Shown here: piece by piece, positions 48,173 through 51,402 of the stretch | Layout: each line of letters begins with the position of its first letter | How positions within the stretch are numbered: the first letter of the stretch is position 1 | Source of the DNA: Octopus bimaculoides | Lineage: Eukaryota | Assembly: GCF_001194135.2 (NCBI RefSeq) | Contig: NC_068983.1 | Coordinates: 59,330,893 to 59,382,294 of the forward strand | DNA length: 51,402 nt | Direction: 5' to 3' | Program-made: the position numbers and the translations under genes | Notes under the pieces: generated by a model | What the model saw: the letters and a program-made list of their open reading frames with translations, nothing else | Told to the model about the DNA's origin: nothing | The model's database searches: none

Positions 48173-48685
48173 CAGAAGTAAATGTAGGATAAGCAAGTTA
48201 GACAGATCAATATATACAGTATATTAAATACATGAAATACAAAAAATGTCCGTTTGCATACAAAGAAGTCCGACTTACACAAAATACAAATGATATAGAA
48301 AATTTAAAGTGTTGAAGGAAAGTATTACAAATCCAACAGCTGTTTCTGGGGGCTCAGTGGTCCATGATGACGTTTGTAGATTGATCTCATCTTTGAACTT
48401 CTTTCCTTCAACACCTCAAATGTAAGATCTCTTCCCTGAAGATGGAGGTTCATCTCATCCAGTGATGGAATCAATCTGCAAACATTATTTTGGACCACTG
48501 AGACAGAAACAGCTGTTGGATTTGTAATATTTTTCCTCAGTCCCTTTAATTCTCTATATCATTTATATTCTGTGTAAATCAAACTTTTTTTATATGTATA
48601 CATATATACATTTTTTGAATTTCATGTATTTGATATACTTTGTATATTAACCTGCCTAACTTGCTTACACTTATGTTTACTTCTG
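48173..48685. mobile_element. Fold-back element, ~210-bp inverted arms, each with a hammerhead 3' half (probably Penelope-like pLTR-derived)
   Basis: Arms 48173-48385 and 48470-48685 align by eye at roughly 80%; GAAACAGCTGTT at 48506-48517 (+) and 48346-48335 (-). Confidence 0.75.
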
Positions 48686-48764
48686 CTCAAGTTTAAATTT
48701 CTTGAGCAGTGCTAAGTGTATTCCATACGGGGAATATTTGATTCTCATCTATGAAATATATTCT

Positions 48765-49615
48765 TCTATTCTTTTACTTGTTTCAGTCATTTTAACTGTG
48801 GCCATGCTGGAGCACCACCTTTAATCGAACAAATCGAACCAAGGACTTATTCTATCAGTCTCTTTTGCCAAAATGCTAAGTTACAGAGATGTAAACACAC
48901 CAACATTGGTTGTCAAGCGATGGTGGGGGACAAACGCACATGCACACATACACACACACACACCACACAATGTATATATACANNNNNNNNNNNNNNNNNN
49001 NNNNNNNNNNNNNNNNNNNNNNNNNNNNNNNNNNNNNNNNNNNNNNNNNNNNNNNNNNNNNNNNNNNNNNNNNNNNNNNNNNNNNNNNNNNNNNNNNNNN
49101 NNNNNNNNNNNNNNNNNNNNNNNNNNNNNNNNNNNNNNNNNNNNNNNNNNNNNNNNNNNNNNNNNNNNNNNNNNNNNNNNNNNNNNNNNNNNNNNNNNNN
49201 NNNNNNNNNNNNNNNNNNNNNNNNNNNNNNNNNNNNNNNNNNNNNNNNNNNNNNNNNNNNNNNNNNNNNNNNNNNNNNNNNNNNNNNNNNNNNNNNNNNN
49301 NNNNNNNNNNNNNNNNNNNNNNNNNNNNNNNNNNNNNNNNNNNNNNNNNNNNNNNNNNNNNNNNNNNNNNNNNNNNNNNNNNNNNNNNNNNNNNNNNNNN
49401 NNNNNNNNNNNNNNNNNNNNNNNNNNNNNNNNNNNNNNNNNNNNNNNNNNNNNNNNNNNNNNNNNNNNNNNNNNNNNNNTGTATCTACCAAATTCACTCA
49501 AGGCATTGATCAGCCCAGGGCTATAGTAAAAGACACACTTGTCCAAGATGTTATGCAGTCTGACAACTCGAAACCACATGGTTGCAAGGCTAGCTTCTTA
49601 ACCACACAGCCATGT
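48765..49615 (-). mobile_element. Family B SINE spanning assembly gap 48983-49479
   Basis: 3' half lies left of the gap and 5' half right of it; the gap falls on the internal microsatellite. Confidence 0.85.
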
Positions 49616-50761
49616 CTGAAAACTTTTTGAAAAGTTGATTCCTAAATTTTTCACTATTAATTCTAAATAACATTTTGATATTAAAATTTTATGAATAAAC
49701 ATAACATTGTTAATAAATAGTAAAAAAAAAATGGGAAACCCTAATAAAACTGTAGGCTTGTTACATGAATTATCAAATATTTGAAGAATAAATATTTCTC
49801 TGTATTTATCAATGGTTACTAATATACATAAACTGAAGCCAAAGAAGAAAAGTTGTGCAACCAGAACATACAATCTGTAAGAATAATTTAGAGACAGAAA
49901 AGACAAATAAATGAAGAATTTACATCAAAGAGAGCGACGTTGTAACAAATTATATAAAAGATTAATTCTACCTATTCTTTCTAAGGCAGTGTTTGAAGAA
50001 TGAAGGCGCCATGGAGATATTATCCTATTCATAATACAATGCTGCTTCATAAGTTTCTTCATTATCAGCGAGAAAATAATTTAATGAACATCGATAAATT
50101 ATTTTTCACACACACACAAAGTCTCAGAAAGTTTCAGCTTTTATTGATTTCCTTTTTACACTTGATAGACTTTTGAGGTTTTTGGTGTTTTGGCTTTTTG
50201 CGTTAGATAATTATTGTTAGGGTATATGAGAATTGTCATGCATAGTGTCTTGAGCAGTGTTGATGGCTTGGTTAGTTAAATTAAATCACAGACCCTAGTC
50301 AGTTTCCACTTAACGGTTAAATAATTCAGTTTACCAAATGTAAAACAAGTAAACATATATATATAATAGAAATATGTTTCAAAAAGAAACTAGAAGCTAC
50401 ACGTAGAAAAGATATGGGGAAAGTAAGAAGAAAAAAAGCGAAAATCCACATTTAATATAAAAAAAATAAATAAATAAAGGCTTTTTTATGAAAAGTAGCG
50501 ACAAATAAATACAATTAGATGAACTGAGATAGAATTAAGAGGAATTAAATTCATTATTTTGAATTGTTAAAGAAATTCAAAGTCAAACCGGTATTGTCAT
50601 TGCAGTTCACTGGCTAGAGGTTAAAATAGCCTCATTAAGGGATAAAAATATCTAATGATAAAAATATTCATTGGCCATTATTTTTTCATACAAATAGTAA
50701 TATTCATAAAATAATAGGTTTAAGTATAAATCTTGGTCTATAAATATTCAAACTGAAATTC

Positions 50762-50983
50762 AGAAAATGGAGATGTAGCATTAATATAATTTATTAACTG
50801 CAAAAAATAATCTAATAACAATAATCTAATGGTATATCTTTTCTACTCCTCTGATGAGACTTTGCCCATTACAATGATATAATTACTGAATTTAATTCTT
50901 TGGGCAAAATCGAAACAGCTGTAAGAGAATATGTTGAATTTTTGCAGTTGATAAATTATATTAATGCTACATCTCCATTTTCT
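50762..50983. repeat. 45-bp inverted repeat enclosing the hammerhead
   Basis: AGAAAATGGAGATGTAGCATTAATATAATTTATTAACTGCAAAAA (from 50762) pairs with 50939-50983; the single difference is a U-G wobble on the + transcript. Confidence 0.95.
50846..50927 (+). ncRNA. Type I hammerhead ribozyme with intact catalytic core
   Basis: CUGAUGA 50851-50857; stem II 50858-50868/50901-50911 (10 of 11 bp); GAAA 50912-50915; stem III palindrome ACAGCUGU; GUA triplet with predicted cleavage after 50923; proximal stem I short and imperfect. Confidence 0.8.
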
Positions 50984-51005
50984 AAATTTTAATTTATATA
51001 TATAG

Positions 51006-51388
51006 GGTTTAGCTCCCAATTTTGGAATTGACAGCTATACCAATCCTCGAAGTGGATGGCACTGCATCATACCAAAGGTACCATCTTTGCCATCTAAAAT
51101 AAGGACACAGTACTGCAATAGTCTGGGTTTGAAGGGTCGGCAATTGTTCAACATCCTTCCAGGCAACCTTAGAGATCTACATGGTGTTGATATGGATGTT
51201 TTCAAGGAACGTCTGGACAGGTTTCTATCTGAGATACCAGATGAACCCACATTGTGGCAGGAGATGCAAAGAAGAGTAGCACCGTCCAACTCACTACTTC
51301 ACCAAAGACAACACCAAGTAACTACAGGTAGTGCACCAGCATGACCTCAGCCCTGGGCTGAAACCAGTAAAAGATAAGAGATAAAAGA
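51006..51388 (+). mobile_element. 5'-truncated CR1-group LINE: ORF2 C-terminus and 3' tail, between (TA)n tracts
   Basis: Open frame 51006-51344: GLAPNFGIDSYTNPRSGWHCIIPKVPSLPSKIRTQYCNSLGLKGRQLFNILPGNLRDLHGVDMDVFKERLDRFLSEIPDEP..., matching the CR1/L2-group terminal motif G..LFN.LP..LR.......FK..LD.FL. Confidence 0.8.
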
Positions 51389-51402
51389 TATATATATATA
51401 TA

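Overview
AT-rich, repeat-dense, non-coding animal DNA with four assembly gaps. The SINE, microsatellite and MITE content suggests an octopus/cephalopod genome (inference). I recognised no host protein-coding gene; the long ORFs in the track are artefacts of N-gaps and microsatellites. Contents: about 50 copies of five SINE or SINE-like families (my labels A-E), TTAA-flanked piggyBac-type MITEs, a hAT MITE with a nested long-TIR MITE, mariner remnants, RTE remnants and the 3' end of a CR1-group LINE. The most interesting signals are RNA-structural. (1) An intact type I hammerhead ribozyme core at 50851-50923 is clamped inside a near-perfect 45-bp inverted repeat. (2) A minimal Penelope-type hammerhead at about 41560-41610 (-) has one core substitution. 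(3) A 510-bp fold-back element at 48173-48685 carries a decayed hammerhead half in each arm. (4) The LINE 3' end matches the tail of SINE family B, with a compensatory change in the shared hairpin. Repeat boundaries were estimated by eye and may be off by 10-20 nt.
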